Source: Eledone cirrhosa (taxonomy: Eukaryota). From it: a DNA stretch of 64,000 nt. The DNA lies in assembly GCA_964016885.1 (NCBI GenBank), contig OZ024743.1, positions 57,412,001 through 57,476,000 of the forward strand, in the 5' to 3' direction. The position numbers were made by a program, and so were the translations under genes. Within the stretch, counting starts at the first letter, position 1, and the number at the start of each line of letters is the position of its first letter. Under the pieces are notes generated by a model that saw only the letters and a program-made list of their open reading frames with translations, was not told the origin of the DNA and made no database searches. Shown here one piece after another: positions 43,334-57,159 of this stretch.

Positions 43334-44340
43334 TAATAAAAATAATGAATAAAAACAAAGAAACAGTTCCTTATATTAAAAAATTCATCATTTTACGATC
43401 GTTTCTAGGATATATATGTTTGTGTTGGTATGTATATCATATAGATCTATGTAAAATGTGTACAAACTATCAGAGGGAATATACATACCTACACATATAT
43501 ATGCTGTCTTCAGAAATAATGATATTTGTTTATTGAAAAAAACCAACAAAGATTTAATATAATAGGTCTGTTTGGGAACAGGTTTTGAATTGACCAATAG
43601 AAAGGTAGTGAGTGGTCAAGATGGTAGAATAGTAGTAATAGAACTTTAATTTAGGGGTAGAGGAAGGCAGATTTCAGTTTTGAATGGAAAGAGTATGATG
43701 AATGAAAAGATTATTTTAGGGATGAAAATAGGTCAAGTCGGTAAAAGGTACACGAAGAATTGATGTTATAAAAGAATAATGCCAATAATATCTAAGGAGA
43801 ATAAAATTTTACGATAAATGTGTTAGTGAAAAATATCAATCTTATTCAAAATATAGGGAATTTACATCTATAAAAAGAAAATAAATAAATTAAATTGATA
43901 GGTATATTTATATTGATAAATTTATATTAATTCATATAGATATGATAAATAAGAGTTAGATGTAATTGAAGAGTGCTGTTAAAAACGAAAGGAAAATAAA
44001 AATAATAATAATAATAATAATAATTATTGGGGGAGGGGGGTAAATTTATTAGTGAGAAATAACAAATTTATATAGATTATAAGGAACATAGAATCATAAC
44101 CTGAAATTAAAATAGTTTATATGTATACTTATTGGTATACATTTTAGGAAAAGATAGCTGTAAACGGGAAATAAAATTATGCAGTTCATTAGTAGTAGAA
44201 TATTAATTATAGGTTAACTAATTTAAAAAAAGTGTTATTATAATAATTTCTAAAGTGTATATTAATTAGGTTTATAATATTTAAAAGTTCTTCTCAGTTT
44301 ATGATTACATGATATAATTCATTCCTGCCGTTTATTTAAT
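43331..44340 (-). mobile_element. PLE 3' UTR / pLTR fragment
   Basis: Very AT-rich tract ending in a hammerhead next to (TA)n; same family as 26568-26886; right boundary uncertain. Confidence 0.6.
43385..43522 (-). ncRNA. Type I hammerhead ribozyme with ~100-nt stem II
   Basis: TCATTATTT-CTGAAGA-[atatatatg/catatatat, ggtatgtatat/atatacatacc]-GAAA-CGATCG-TA-AAATGATGA: 9-bp stem I, palindromic stem III, GUA site. Confidence 0.8.
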
Positions 44341-44486
44341 AGGATATCCTTAGATTTCATTATTTCAAAAAGTTCCAGTAATGAACTGGGTAATTGGTGG
44401 CCTTGTGCCTAAAGTAGAAACAATTATTTCAAAAGGTTCCTGGGAACATAATCTACATTCATATCTATTATTTTGATAAGGGGTGG

Positions 44487-44603
<117 letters not shown>

Positions 44604-44666
44604 ATGGAAGTGAGAAAGAGATACTTTTTTATCGATCTTGTGTGAATGAAAGGCAAAGTTGACTCG

Positions 44667-44730
<64 letters not shown>

Positions 44731-45135
44731 TTTTATTATTGAAATGACTTCTACAGTACTAGAACAAAATCATCAAGTAAGTCCGAACCTTCCAGATGAT
44801 TTCGCATTGAGTACCATTTTTGACAGTGGCTGCTTCCCGATTTATATTGGGACCTACATATATATATTCCTACTCCAGCACACCCTATAACACACACACT
44901 AATACACTCACACCCATAAACACAAATACACCCAGACAATCACACAAACGCACACAATCTCACACACACACATAATATGTTGTCACTCGAAAGCCTTTCC
45001 TGTTCTGCAGAGAACAACTGACGTGTGCCTCCCCACCATATTTACCTCAAACAGATATCTAACCTAAATTCTTAGCATTTCTCTCATTACTTCTCTGTCT
45101 TCTCTTTCATTCCCTCTCTCTTCCACTCATTTACA

Positions 45136-45285
<150 letters not shown>

Positions 45286-45717
45286 CTCTTTCTGTCTGAC
45301 GTGTGGAACATCGCCGGTAAGCTTTTTTGTTAATTTCTATGCAAAAAACCGAACTAATTGTTTGAAAAAACATAACACTTTGTAGATTAACCTCCAAGCT
45401 GAATTGTCAGCCGGGTGGTAATCCCATTTTTCGCCCCAGCAGGGGCGAAAATTTTATTTTAAAAATTTGTTTTAAAATATCAGATTTTACAAAGTAAATA
45501 ACTTGAGCAACACAAGAACGCTGGAGAACGTTAATAGAGAAAAGAGAGAGAAAGAGGCAGATATTAACGTTATATCTGCTTCTGCTACTATGGACGTCGC
45601 CATAGATACAACTGTCACAAAAGAAAAAAATATATTAACACTTAAAAATTTTAAAATTTCCACCGCCGAAGCGGAGAAAAATAACAATAACACAGGAAAA
45701 CACAGCAATTAAACCCA

Positions 45718-47449
45718 TTGACATACATACATCATGAAAAAGACATCAACAACTCTACAGATACATCTACACATAAAGTTTCACCTCGACAAGGAACTGA
45801 GATTTCCAACAACGATAACAACAACATCAACAGCAACACCACACAAAAAAAGAAAATGTCTTTCGCTGAAACAGTGAACAAAAAACAAGATTTTATAAAT
45901 CTTGATATCTCCAACGCAAGAGATATGCTCCAGCAAGGGAGAAAATTTGTAACTTTCGAAGAAAGAGGTGGATTTAGAATTAACTCACCCATTGAAATAA
46001 AGGAAGACACAATCTGCAGATCAGTCACTTTTAGGACTGTCAACTTCGACAAGAAAGCCGAAATTTGTTAATCAAGCAGATATACGAGATTCTTTCAAGG
46101 AAATTCTAGCAAATGTCGATTTTCTCCAGCGAGGAAAACAGTACGGAAGTGTTTCCGTACTGTTTAAAAGCGAGGCACTCGCCCCAAAAAACTCTGTGAC
46201 ACCAATAGTGTCAAAAGCATACACCTTTTTCCCTACATACATGGGGAAAAGGACACAAAAAATAAAAATAAAAAACATACCTCCAAACATCTTGGCTTCG
46301 TAGAGCCAGAAACAGACATAATACTTTCAATACGAAAATCTATTCGACAAAGGTGGGCGGGCACAGATTTGGAGATTTTGTTGCAAATGAAACTGGAGAG
46401 AATATCCAAAATACCCGAAAGAGTCGTTATTGATAATAACAACAAAATAAACATTTCGGTAGAAGGACGAAAATTTCATTGCTTTCACTGTGGTAGCACA
46501 GCTCACCTAAAAGCCTCTTGTCCACAAACACACAACAACAACATCATAAAAAAAAACGATATTACCAACACCAACACCAAAACAACCACCACCACCACAA
46601 GTACAACGACAGACGAAACGAGCAACCACACCAAAACAAACAGACACTCAACCAACAACAACAGAAAAAACAGAGACAACACTCCTGAAGAACACATCCC
46701 CACTCCATCCCACTCCATCAAACACTATCACAAACACACATACCGAAACACCACCACCACACAACATACCCTTACCCCACACACCTGACGATGATTATTC
46801 ATCGACGGATGAAGCTGCTTCTCCTTCTTTAAGTGAAGAAGAGGGAGAATGGCGGAAATCTAAAAAACAAAAAAAGAGACACCACAAAACCCCCAAAACT
46901 CCAATCACCAACACCAACACACAACCACAGACACAAACAACAACACAAACAACATCACAGTCAAACATCCCCCTATCAGCAAAACCAGCACCAGCACCAC
47001 CCCAAACACAAGCACCCACCATAAAAAGAAAACTCCTGGATGAACAACAAACTAAAACAACACAACAAAAACACAAACAACAATACGCATACATCAACAC
47101 AAACAACAAGAGTTTGATGGAGGTCATCTCCCAAAACCCCAAGGTGGAGACGGAGGGCAAAACTTTCGTCAAGGCAGAATCGTCTCCACACCTTAAACCT
47201 ATAAGGGTTTCTATCGAAACCTATAAAGACCTAAAAATTAAATTTTCACAGGACGTGGGCAACCCCTGCCACAAACCCATCAACCGCGTCCTGTTAAAAT
47301 GTTTCCCCACTCGACTCAACACCCCACCCAGCACCCAAATGGAGATTGAACAACCCGATCTCCAGGAAACGAAAAGGCAAGTGCACCTTTCGTCCTTTAT
47401 CTCCAACTTTTCTTCACCAACATGGCTGGTTTACGAGTTGGAACCGTGA
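45718..47449 (+). pseudogene. ORF1 of copy 1 (zinc knuckle, Thr-rich linker, conserved C-terminal domain)
   Basis: Fragments 45718-46071, 46369-46788 (CFHCGSTAHLKASC) and 47114-47449; start uncertain. Confidence 0.8.
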
Positions 47450-50400
47450 ATGTGCGTGGCCTAGGGATGCCCTGGAAACAGGGCCAACTTTTAAACGACC
47501 TTAGGTCACACAGCATGGATGTGATAGCCATCACCGAGTCCAGGATCCACAACAGGCAGCAACTAACCCCCATCTTCGACGACTTTGAGATCTACGCATC
47601 TCTCTGTCAGCCAGGAGGTGGATGTGGAGTGGCTGTTATGTTTCGGAAGAACCTGGACGTCGGAGTACAGCAAGTACACTTGGACCCGGAGGGTAGACTG
47701 GTAGTCCTAGACGTGAACAGTATCGGAGGTGGAGCCTTCAGACTGGTGGTCGTTTATGCCCCGACCGGGCAATCGCAATCACGGCCAGACTTCTTTAAGC
47801 GTCTAGAGTCTTTTCTGGGAACGTCTCGCTCCTTACTTTTAGTGGAATGGTATCCTAGATGCACGATGGGACTATGTGGGAGCATGTCCCAGTAGAGCGG
47901 GGAGCAACAGCCTCAAAACTTTAATCGGCCAATTCCAACTGGCCGATAGGTATCGACTGGATTTCCCGACTGCACCACAGTGGACGTGGGTAAACCGCAG
48001 TGGGACATCTAGATCGTATTTAGATAGGTTCTTCATTAGAGAAAGGGACAAGGAGATGTTAAGCTGTCCACGAATGCACATGGTTGCCTATTCAGATCAC
48101 AAGTTAGTCGTCTGCTTAGTCACCCGTGATAGAATACATAGACAGGGTCCCGGATACTGGAAGCTGAACGTGTCGTTGCCGGCACGTAAAGCTTACAGTG
48201 AACGGATAAGTAGACTAGTCAAGCAACAGTTAACGGGAGCCATCATCAACAATAGATGGTGGTACTCTCTCAAGAAAGCAATTAGAATAGAATCGATAGG
48301 GTATAGCAGAGAGTTAGCCTTAGAGAAAAACAGAATAGAAAGAGAACTAGTAGCCAAGGTAGAGGAAGCACTTAGAAGTGGCAACGCGGCTAGAGTGTTA
48401 GCGTCGAGAACGGCACTGGACCAGTTCTTTGACGCAAAACACGAAGGCTGCGTGGTCAGAAGCAAAACACGTGCTCTAGGAAACGAAGGAGCGAAAGCTG
48501 TCAGCTGGGCCCGAGTGGCGGAGGCAAAAATTGGCAACAAGTCCACGATTCGGTCTTTGAAAGACCAAAACGGACGCGTGCTACTTGACCCCAAGCAAAT
48601 GTTTGAGCAGAACGACGGTGAGCCGAACGGGGCAATGGACTTTAGTTCATACCTCGACGGCCTGCCGCGTCTCTCGAACACGGACGCCGAGTTCTGCGAA
48701 AGACCGATCACGGATACTGAGATACGGGACGCTCTGGGCCGCTGCGGGAAACGCAAGTCACCCAGTCTAGATGGTCTACCCTACGAATTTTACATAGGCA
48801 TACCGGACTTGTTCTCTGGCGTCCTCGAAGCCGTCTACTGCAATTGGCAGCAGAACGGGAGAATTCCCAGTTCTGTAGGCAAGGGCGTAGTAACGCTGAT
48901 CAGGAAAGACGAGAACAAGGGGGACGAAATTAACAACTTCAGGCCCATAACTCTGCTCACCATAGAGTTAAAGATTTTGGCCAAGGTGCTAGCGACGAGG
49001 TTGGCGCTTGTCGTTGAGAACCTGGTAGGGAAAGCGCAAACGTGTGCAATCCCGACCAGGTCCATACACGACAACCTCCACCTCATGCGATACATCATAG
49101 AGAGGGTGGGTAGTAAACCCGGCTTCGGTGGGGCTCTGATCAACTTGGATCAGTCTAAGGCATTCGATAGGGTCGACCATCGATACTTGGAAGCGGTTCT
49201 CAAGGCGGCCGGTTTCGGTCCCGTGTTCAGAGGATGGATCGAGGCGATGCACACGAGCATCTGCTCGAGGGTCAAGGTGAACGGCTACCTATCGGAGCCG
49301 TTCACAATCACGCGTTCCATTCGACAGGGATGCCCTCTCTCCTCCATTCTGTATGTATTGACTCTAGAGGTACTACTGCGGAAATTGGAGCTGTTGCAGG
49401 GCATCCCCCCTAGAACCGGGACTGCGCAAAGCGGCGTCGGCTTATGCCGACGACTTAACGGTAATGGTGTCGAGCACCTCGGAAATCGGGGTGATCGGCA
49501 ACTTACTGAAAGAATACGAAACGCTGACGGGAGCAAAACTAAACCCAGACAAGTCTGTCGGATTGCAACTCGGTACGTGGAGAGGCAAACCGATGACATC
49601 CGACAGCGTCGTTGGACGCTGGACGGACGGACCGGTGAAATTGCTCGGGATCTGGTTCGGTCCAGACCTCCAGGTGGAAAAAAACTGGAACGAGGTCACG
49701 GCCAAGGTGTTTGCACTCACTCAGAAGTGGGCAGAGTGCAAACTGTCCTTGAAAGGTCGAGCGGATGTGGCGAACACTTTCATAGCGTCCGTCATCTACT
49801 ACCGCTTGACTGTCGTGCCTTTTCCCCGTGAACACCTCGCCAAGATGGAACGCATGCTCTTCCAGTTTCTGTGGAAGAAGCAGGCTCCGCTGGTGAGGAG
49901 ATCCGTCTGCTGTCATCACCCTTCCAACGGAGGGCTAGGAATGCCATGGCTGATGATGCGCAAACATGCGCTGAGGCTGCGGCATCTCTCCAGGTATTCC
50001 TCACCGACCCCCAACCGGTGTGGGAACCGTTTGTGAGACAGGCTTTCCCACAGCTCGTCTCGCTGACGGAGCTGCAGTCCTGGGTGAAGAAAAGACCGAA
50101 AACGATGGGCGCCTGGCACATTGAATGCGCTCAGGCGCTCACAGTCCTCTGGCAAGCGGGCGCAGCAATGCAATCAGTGGAGACTCCACTTCGGCATTCT
50201 ATAGAGGGATTGTACGTTACAAGGGCGACGACGTGCTCGGAGAGACTCTGGGCGTCGAAGACGATGAGCTCACCAGTCTGTTTGGTAGGAATTTCCGCCC
50301 GGGACCTATGGACAACTTCCAGAGGTCCCTGGCCTGGCAGTGCTACCGAGGAGCTCTACCGGTTCGTGACAAGATCTACAGGCACGGACGCCCTGGCAGG

Positions 50401-50840
50401 GATCCTTCCAAGAGGACGTGTCCAAGATGTGCGCAGGACATTGAAACAGTTCTGCACGCAATTGTACACTGCCCGGGCGTAAGCGACCTGTGGAACTATG
50501 CAGAACAACTGCTGTCGCGTATGGGACGAATCCAGTTGACTGCCGAGTCCATAGTAAGGATCAAACCGCCAGCCTCTTTCAAAAACGAAAGAGAGGCGGT
50601 TTTCCTCTGTACGGTGGCTATGGTGAAAGAAGTTATATGTTGGACGAGGTTGAGAGGACTGAGGACAGATGCCTTTCTCTCCGGACAACAATTGATTCCC
50701 TTCTTTAAGTATCACTTTAGAAGGAGAATCAGGATGGAGAGAGAGGCACTGCACCCCAGTAAATTTACTGAAAGGTGGGTGAAAATTGCCCGAGTGATTG
50801 GGCCCGAGTGATTGGGCCTTCTCTGTTTATAAGCCTGTAG
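47422..50840 (+). pseudogene. ORF2 of copy 1 (AP endonuclease, RT, C-terminal CCHC)
   Basis: MAGLRVGTVNVRGL, SYLDRF, SDHK, LDQSKAFDRVDH, QGCPLS, YADD after a frameshift, CPRC...HAIVHC; a short tandem duplication near 50790-50818 shifts the end; ancestral stop TAG 50838-50840. Confidence 0.92.
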
Positions 50841-51353
50841 GTTGAGGAAGAGAGCAAAAGGAAGAAAGGAGCACTTGCACAACACGCTCCTGGAGTTGAG
50901 GGTTGTTCTATCGACGGGGTATTAAACAACCCATTTGTGGTGCCTCCCCCCTATTGGGGATTTCGATTGTTGAAATTGTTTGTTTTTATATTTTTTACAC
51001 GACTATGTAAAATCCCCGGCATGTCTTTGTATTGTCCCCTTTTCTTGTTGCGCCCTTGTGGCTAATAAAGAAATCTATCTATCTATCTATCCTCGCTCGG
51101 TAAGTTTTGTTTAAATTACCGTAGAAATTCGTCATTGCGAACTTTTAATTTTATACCAATTTGTAGAGGGACTGACAGATCAAATTTTGATCTGGTCAGT
51201 CCTCCAAAATATCGAGTCCCTCACGGCAAAAACATCCAAAATATTTTTGCAAAGCAGTACATTTAAAAAAAAATGGCCGAAGCACCTACTTTGCCAAAAC
51301 AAGATAATGGGTAGGGAAAGCCATGCCTACTTGACCAGCAGGTAGTAGCAGAC

Positions 51354-53258
51354 ATGGACAAAGAAAGGCCAACATCATCGCCTCAACATCTAGAAGTGGA
51401 ACAAGCTTCAGCTGCTTGTAAGCAACTGAACACGTCTTACGTCACAAACGTCTCATGTATCCACACACAGAAAGATATATATGTAATAAACACTTCCTTT
51501 CGTAAAGAAATGGAAATTCACACAACAAAAAATGAAAATAACAGCCCACAACAGACACCAAAAATACAGAAAATGAAAAAATTGAAATCACATCCAACAA
51601 TACCAATCAAAAGGAAAAAAATGTCAAGACAAACACCAAAGAAAATACAAACAACAGTGACAACAACAACAAGAAAGACAACAACAGCAAAATTTCTTTT
51701 GCTGATACCGTAAAAAAAAAACCCGGAAATATTTCAACTTTTGGATTTAACAAACGCGAAACAAAAGTTGGAAGATGCTAAACAATATGTGACTTTTGGA
51801 CCCAATGGGTCATTTAGCATAAATTCACCACAAGAACTAAGGAGAGAAAATGCCCTGAACACGGTGGTTTTCAGGACAATCTCAAATGCATTAAAAAGAA
51901 ACCAGCTCAACTATCTCAGAGTGAGATTGAGCAAGTTTTAAGGAACCACATGGATAACATTTTATTCATTCAGAAAGCCAAACTTTTCGGCAGCATCTCG
52001 GTGCTAATGAAAAACAACATAACAGCACAAAAATATTCAATCGCGCCCATTGTGTCCACCCATTTTACATTTTTCCCTACATACATGGGAACAAGAACGC
52101 AAAAAATAAAAATTACATGCATAAGACCCAAAGTAGATATTTGGTGGATACTTTATGGCCTAATTGACTTTGAACAAGACATTTTGATCTCAGTAGGAAA
52201 ATCCTCCAGAGATATATTTAGTGGGACGAAATTCTGGTGCAGATGAGCCCAGAACGTATAATGAAAATCCCACAGAGAGTACCTCTGGATGGACAGACCT
52301 ACATTAACATTTCGGTTGAGTGTAGGCGGCCCGCATGTTACCACTGCGCAAGCAGAAGTCACCTAAGGGCTGCCTGTCCTCAATTGACAAAAAACAAACA
52401 CTTTTACCAACACCACAAATAACAACACAACCACCACCACCATGACAACTAGAAAAAACAACAGAGAACACTATTCCACCCAATCCCTCCCCACCCAAAA
52501 CAAATACAAAAACACATACACAGACACTACAGAACCCCAAAACATACCCCTACCCATCAACACGGATGAGGAACCCCTATCGACGGCACCCAGCGGCGAT
52601 GAGGAGGAACCCTTCCAACCCGTGAAAAGAATAAAAAGAAAGAACCGCATGAACAAAAACGAAACAAACACACAAACACCAGCACAAACAACACAAAAAT
52701 CACAAACAAAAGTTCCCCTTCCCGAAAACAAAACACCCACAACAAAGAGAAAACACATGCAGGAACCACATACAAAAACAAACACAACACAGGAAAAGTA
52801 CACATACACTTACATAAACGAAGAAAACAGAACACTGATGGAGACCATCAGAAACAACCCGTTGGTCAAAACCGAAGGGAAAACTTTGGATAGCTCCAAC
52901 AAAAACAAAAAAAATGAACCTAAAACTGATCAGGGTCCCTATAGGAACTTATAGATCTCTAAAAGAAACATTTGTAGAGGACGTGGGGAATTCCTGCGTG
53001 AAACCAATCAACGACGTCCTCTACAAAGGCCTCCCCACCACAGGCACCCTCACCCAAGTCATCCCCATACCACCAGACACCCCTTCCCCACCAAACAGCT
53101 CCGTCCCCACCCCGCCAGAAACCACCACCTCATCAAACACACCCTCCAACACCCCCATGGAAATTGTGCAGCCTGGTCCCCAGGAGACGAAGAGCCCGAT
53201 ACCCGGGACGCAGAGAGGTAAGTGCCTTTTCTCTTCACCACCAACATGGCTATGCTAA
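51354..53258 (+). pseudogene. ORF1 of copy 2
   Basis: Fragments with FSINSP, FGSISV, FFPTYMG, CYHCASRSHLRAAC, YTYINEEN...KPINDVL; start uncertain. Confidence 0.8.
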
Positions 53259-56200
53259 GAGTATGCTGTCTAAATGCGCGTGGCCTGGGCTCAACTTGGA
53301 AGCAAGCAATGCTGCTAAATGACCTCAGGTCACAACGTATAGATGTGATGGTTATTTGCGAGGCCCGGATCATCAACGTGCGACAGCTGGCCCCCACCTT
53401 TGATGATTTTGAGATGCACGCATCTCTCTGTCAGCCCGGTGGAGGTGGGGTTGTCGTTCTGCTGCAAAACATCTGGGTCTCGCAACACAGACGGTACATT
53501 TGGACCCGGAGGGTCGACTAGTGGTTCTGGACCTGGGCAGTGGGGAAGGCGGAGCATTTAGGTTGGTAGCCGTCTACGGCCCTTTCGGGTCAATGCGGCC
53601 GGACTTCTTCCATCGTCTGGAGACTTTTCTAGGGACGTCCCGCTCCTTGCTATTAGTGGGGGACTGGAATGGTATCCTAGATGCACGTTGGGACTACGTA
53701 GGGGCCTGTCCCGATAGAGAGGGGTGTAATAGCCTCAAAGGGTTAATCGGTCGATTTGACCTGGCCGATAGATATCGACTAGATTTTCCGACTGCGCCAA
53801 CCTAGACTTGGGCAAACCGTAGCGGATCATCTAGGTCGTACCTAGATAGGTTCTTAGTTAGAAATAAGGATAAGGACTTTTTAAGTTGTCCAAAAATGCT
53901 CATGGTTGGCTATTCAGACCACAAGTTAGTGACCTGCATGGTCAACCTTGACAGAACGCATAGACAGGGACCCGGTTACTGGAAGCTCAACTTGTCCTTA
54001 CCGGCAAGTAAGGCTTACAGGGACCGGATTAGCACTTTAGTTAAGGAGCGGTTGACGGGCGCCATCGTCAACAGCAGGTGGTGGGATCTCTCAAAAGAGA
54101 GATTAGAGTAGTTTCTATAGAATTTAGTAAGGAGTTAGCCTCAAATAGAAATAGGAAGGAAAGGGAGTTGGTAGATAGTGTAGAAGAGGCAATTAGAAGC
54201 GGTTACATGGCCAGAGTGCTAGCGTCGAGAACGGCCCTGGGCCAGTTCTTCGACGCAAAACATGAAGGCTGCATCGTCCGAAGCAAAATACGTGCTCTGG
54301 GAAACGAGGAGACTAAAGCTGTTAGCTGGGCCCGCGTGACAGAAGCCAAAAGAGGGAGTAGATCCACTATCCGGTCTTTGCGAGACCAAGATGGACGAGT
54401 GATCCTTGAACCTAAGCAGATGTGCGAGGCTTTTCAAAAGTACTTTGTCAGATTGTTCGGAAGGGGCGGGGAGCCGGTTGGGGAAGTGGACTTCGGTCCA
54501 TACCTCGATGGCCTGCCGCGTCTCTCGGACAGGGAGGCGAAGTCCTGCGAGGAGCCGATTTCAGCCTCTGAGATAGAGGACGTGCTGAGCCAATGCGGCA
54601 AACGCAAATCCCCGGGTCTCGATGGTCTTCCATACGAACTATATCTAGCTATGCCGGACTTGTTCCCCGATCTCCTCGAGGCGGTCTACTGCAACTGGCA
54701 ACAGAACGAGATAATTCCCTGTGCTGTGACCAAGGGCGTAGTCACGCTAGTGAGGAAGGACGAGAACAAGGGGGGCGATATAAATAATTTCAGGCCCATT
54801 ACTCTGCTAAATACAGAGTTACAGGTTTTGGCCAAGGTGCTAGCAAAGAGGTTGGCGCTTGTCGTGGGCAACCTGGTGGGAGATGCGCAGACATGTGCTA
54901 TCCCGTCCAGGTCCATCCACGACAACCTTCACCTCATGCGATACATCATAGAGAGGGTTGGGAACGAACCCGGCTTTGGTGGGGCCCTGATCAACTTGGA
55001 TCAATCTAAGGCGTTCGATAGGGTCGACCATGGTTACCTGGTTGCGGTGCTAGCGGCGGCAGGCTTCGGACCCGTTTTCAGGAGCTGGATCAATGCCATG
55101 CACAGCAGCCGCATCTGCTCTAGGGTCAAGGTGAACTGCTACCTCTCGGAGCCGTTCGAAATCGCGTGGTCCATCCGACAAGGGTGCCCTCTCTCCTCCC
55201 TTCTGTATGTAGTGACTCTAGAGCCACTGCTGCGAAGTTGGAGTTGTTGCACAGCATCCCGTTGGAACCGGGATTGCGGAAAGCGGTGTCGGCCTACGTC
55301 GATGACGTAACAGTAATGGTGTCGACGCCCTCGGAAATCGGGGCGATCGGCACCTTACTGGAGGAGTACGAAAGGTTTACAGGGGCTCAGCTGAACCGGG
55401 ACAAGTCGATCGGCCTGCAACTCGGCACGTGGAGGGGCAGATCGATGCCCTCCGATGGCGTCGTCGGGCGCTGGACGGAGGGCCCGGTGAAGTTGCTCGG
55501 GGTCTGGTTCGGACTAGACCTCCAGGTGGAAAAGAACTGGGGTGAGGTAACGAACAGGGTGTTTGCCTGACCCAGAAGTGGGCCGAGTGCAAACTGACTC
55601 TGAAAGGTCGGGCGGAGGTGGCGAACACTTATATAGCGTCCGTCATCTACTACCGCCTGACCGTTGTGCCTTGCCCAAGAGAAACGCTCACCAAAATGGA
55701 GCGTGCACTCTTCCAATTCCTTTGGAAGAAGCGAGCTCCTATGGTGAGGAGATCCATCTGCTGTCAACACCCTCCGAAAGGAGGGCTGGGGATGCCATGA
55801 CTAATGATACGTAAACACGCATTAAGGCTACGGCACCTCCAGGTATTTCTCACCGGTCAACCGGTGTGGGCCCCGTTTGTGAGGCGAGCCTTTCCCAGAC
55901 TCGTCTTACTCACCGAGCTGCAATCCTGGGTCAAGCAAAGACCGAGAAAACTGGGCGCCTGGCACACCGAATGTGCCCAGGCGCTCACGGCTCACGGCAG
56001 GCGGACCCGGCTGTCAGTGGAGAATCCACCTCGTCATTCTATAGAGGGCTGGTGGTTAGCAGGTGCGACGACGCCCTCGGAGAAGCCCTAGGTATGGAGG
56101 AAGACGAACTGGCAAACCTGTTCGGTAGGACATTCAGCCCGGGACCCATGGATAACTGCCAGAGAGCCCTGGCCTGGCAATCCTACAGAACGGCTCTTCC

Positions 56201-56675
56201 CATTCGAGAAAGGCTCTATAGACACGGGCGCCCGGGTAGGGACCCCTCGAAAAAGATCTGTCCCAGATGCGTGTACGACGTGAAAACCGTTGCACACGCA
56301 TTGGTACACTGCTCGGGCATTGCCGATCTGTGGGGCTATGTCGAACAACTGCTGTCAAGGGTGGGACCGATCCGGTTGACCACCGAGTCTATTGTAATGA
56401 TCAAGCCGCCTCCCCCCTTCAAAAACGAAGGAGAGGCGGTGTTTCTGTGCGTAATTGCCATGGCGAAAGAGGTTGTATGGTGGACGCGTCTGAAAGGACT
56501 GAGGTCAGACACCTTTCTCTCTGGCCAACAACTGGTCCGTTTCTTCTGATATCATTTCGGAAGAAGCATCAGGATGGAGAGAGAGATGCTGCACCCCAGC
56601 CGTTTTTATGAAAGATGGGTGAAAGTGGCGAGAATGGCCCGTGTGAATGGGCCTTCACTCTACATCAGACTATAG
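53246..56675 (+). pseudogene. ORF2 of copy 2
   Basis: MAMLRVCCLNARGL, GDWN, SDHK, KAFDRVDH, QGCPLS, YVDD, CPRC...HALVHC; several stops and frameshifts; stop TAG 56673-56675. Confidence 0.92.
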
Positions 56676-57159
56676 GTGAGGAAGATGAAAGACCAAGGGA
56701 GCACCCCTTCTCTGTGCTCCTGAGGAAAAGGGTTGCACACTATTTTTTCGGGGGTGTGTGCGACCCCCCAAGGCGCCTCCTCTCTATTGAGGACTTTGTT
56801 ATAAATTTTATTCTGTTATATTTTATTTTATTTTTATATTTTGTTATTGCCTCCTCCTTATTGAGGACGCCTTGTTTTGTAGACTCCCCCCATTGTACTG
56901 GTCCCACTTTTGATGCCCTGGTGGCAAATAAAAGAAACATATCTATCTATCTATCTTGATAGAGTAAGACACGCTTCACATCGGCTCCGCTATTCCATCG
57001 GGATTTACCCTTACTATAGTAAGTACCGGATAAATTTTTCAGTGCAACACATTTGGAACACTAACCCCTGTTATTTAGGGAAACATTTTTGCATTTACCC
57101 CCTTTTTAGGGGGTAAAATAAATATCTATTTTTTGCCGAAAAATTTCTTTCTTGGCAGC

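Larger units (their letters stand above)
45286..51072 (+). mobile_element. Tx1/L1-clade non-LTR retrotransposon, copy 1 (apparently full length, frameshifted)
   Basis: 5' UTR, zinc-knuckle ORF1, APE-RT-CCHC ORF2, 3' end gcgcccttgtggctaataaagaa followed by ATCT repeats. Confidence 0.92.
51091..56940 (+). mobile_element. Tx1/L1-clade non-LTR retrotransposon, copy 2
   Basis: Same architecture; short ATCT runs on both sides (51073-51090, 56941-56956). Confidence 0.92.

Noticed and set aside
56676-56959. A third ORF in the Tx1 3' UTR (GEE...KRVAH...GVC in copies 2 and 3)
   Set aside because: Similarity is explained by conserved hairpins, and the frame is not kept in copy 1; revisit only if splicing is confirmed.
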